This document shows positions 63,846-64,000 of a DNA stretch of 64,000 bases, one piece after another (within the stretch, counting starts at the first letter, position 1; each line of letters opens with the position of its first letter). The notes under the pieces were generated by a model. That model worked only from the letters and a program-made list of their open reading frames with translations. It was not told where the DNA came from and did not search any database. The position numbers were made by a program, and so were the translations under genes. The DNA is taken from assembly GCF_000143415.4 (NCBI RefSeq), contig NW_003314349.1:71172-135171 (forward strand), given 5' to 3'. Source of the stretch: Selaginella moellendorffii. Lineage: Eukaryota; Plantae; Lycopodiophyta.

Positions 63846-64000
63846 GTATAATATTTTTACTATTCCTATCTCTGTGCGGATCCTCTGGCAGGTTTCAGCA
63901 TCCCTTTAGCTTTCGCATGCCATCAGTGCCGCAGATGGGAGATTCTAGCTCCTTCACCAAAAAGCCAATGCAAAAAAACTCCGAGGCTTCTAAACACCAG

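Larger units (their letters stand above)
52270..63850 (-). repeat. Decayed inverted segmental duplicate of ~12.0-21.9 kb
   Basis: Reverse-complement matches, in mirrored order, to UFSP, PPR, GMC, orphan ORF, 2OG relic, U2, tRNA-Phe and GH1 relic. Confidence 0.93.

Overview
Gene-dense land-plant nuclear DNA with very short (about 45-100 nt) introns and PLS-class PPR genes. The style suggests a lycophyte such as Selaginella (inference, not verified). Recognisable genes: GH1 beta-glucosidase (apparent +1 frameshift), an orphan 314-aa ORF, a HOTHEAD-like GMC oxidoreductase, two PPRs, a Ufm1-specific protease, an uncharacterised membrane-anchored protein, DUF962/MPO1-like and 3-isopropylmalate dehydrogenase genes (head-to-head, 81 bp apart), seven EG45-like/expansin-related genes or relics, a CBM22-GH10 xylanase, a SWO1-like Agenet protein and an intronless CAMK-group kinase. 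A cassette [GH1 relic - tRNA-Phe - U2 snRNA - 2OG-Fe(II) oxygenase relic - PPR scrap - orphan ORF] occurs three times: twice direct at 0.3-15.6 kb and once within a deletion-riddled inverted duplicate at 52.3-63.9 kb. There are four LTR-retroelement insertions with 5-bp TSDs: a decayed copia with TG..CT ends, two TRIMs, and a chimeric TA..TA-ended element carrying a TRIM unit between duplicated primer-binding sites. Most notable: (1) a fossil microbial-type 2OG-Fe(II) dioxygenase that the ORF track misses (candidate horizontal transfer), (2) the chimeric retroelement, (3) precise intron loss and genome shrinkage at microhomologies, (4) variant but conserved U2 genes.
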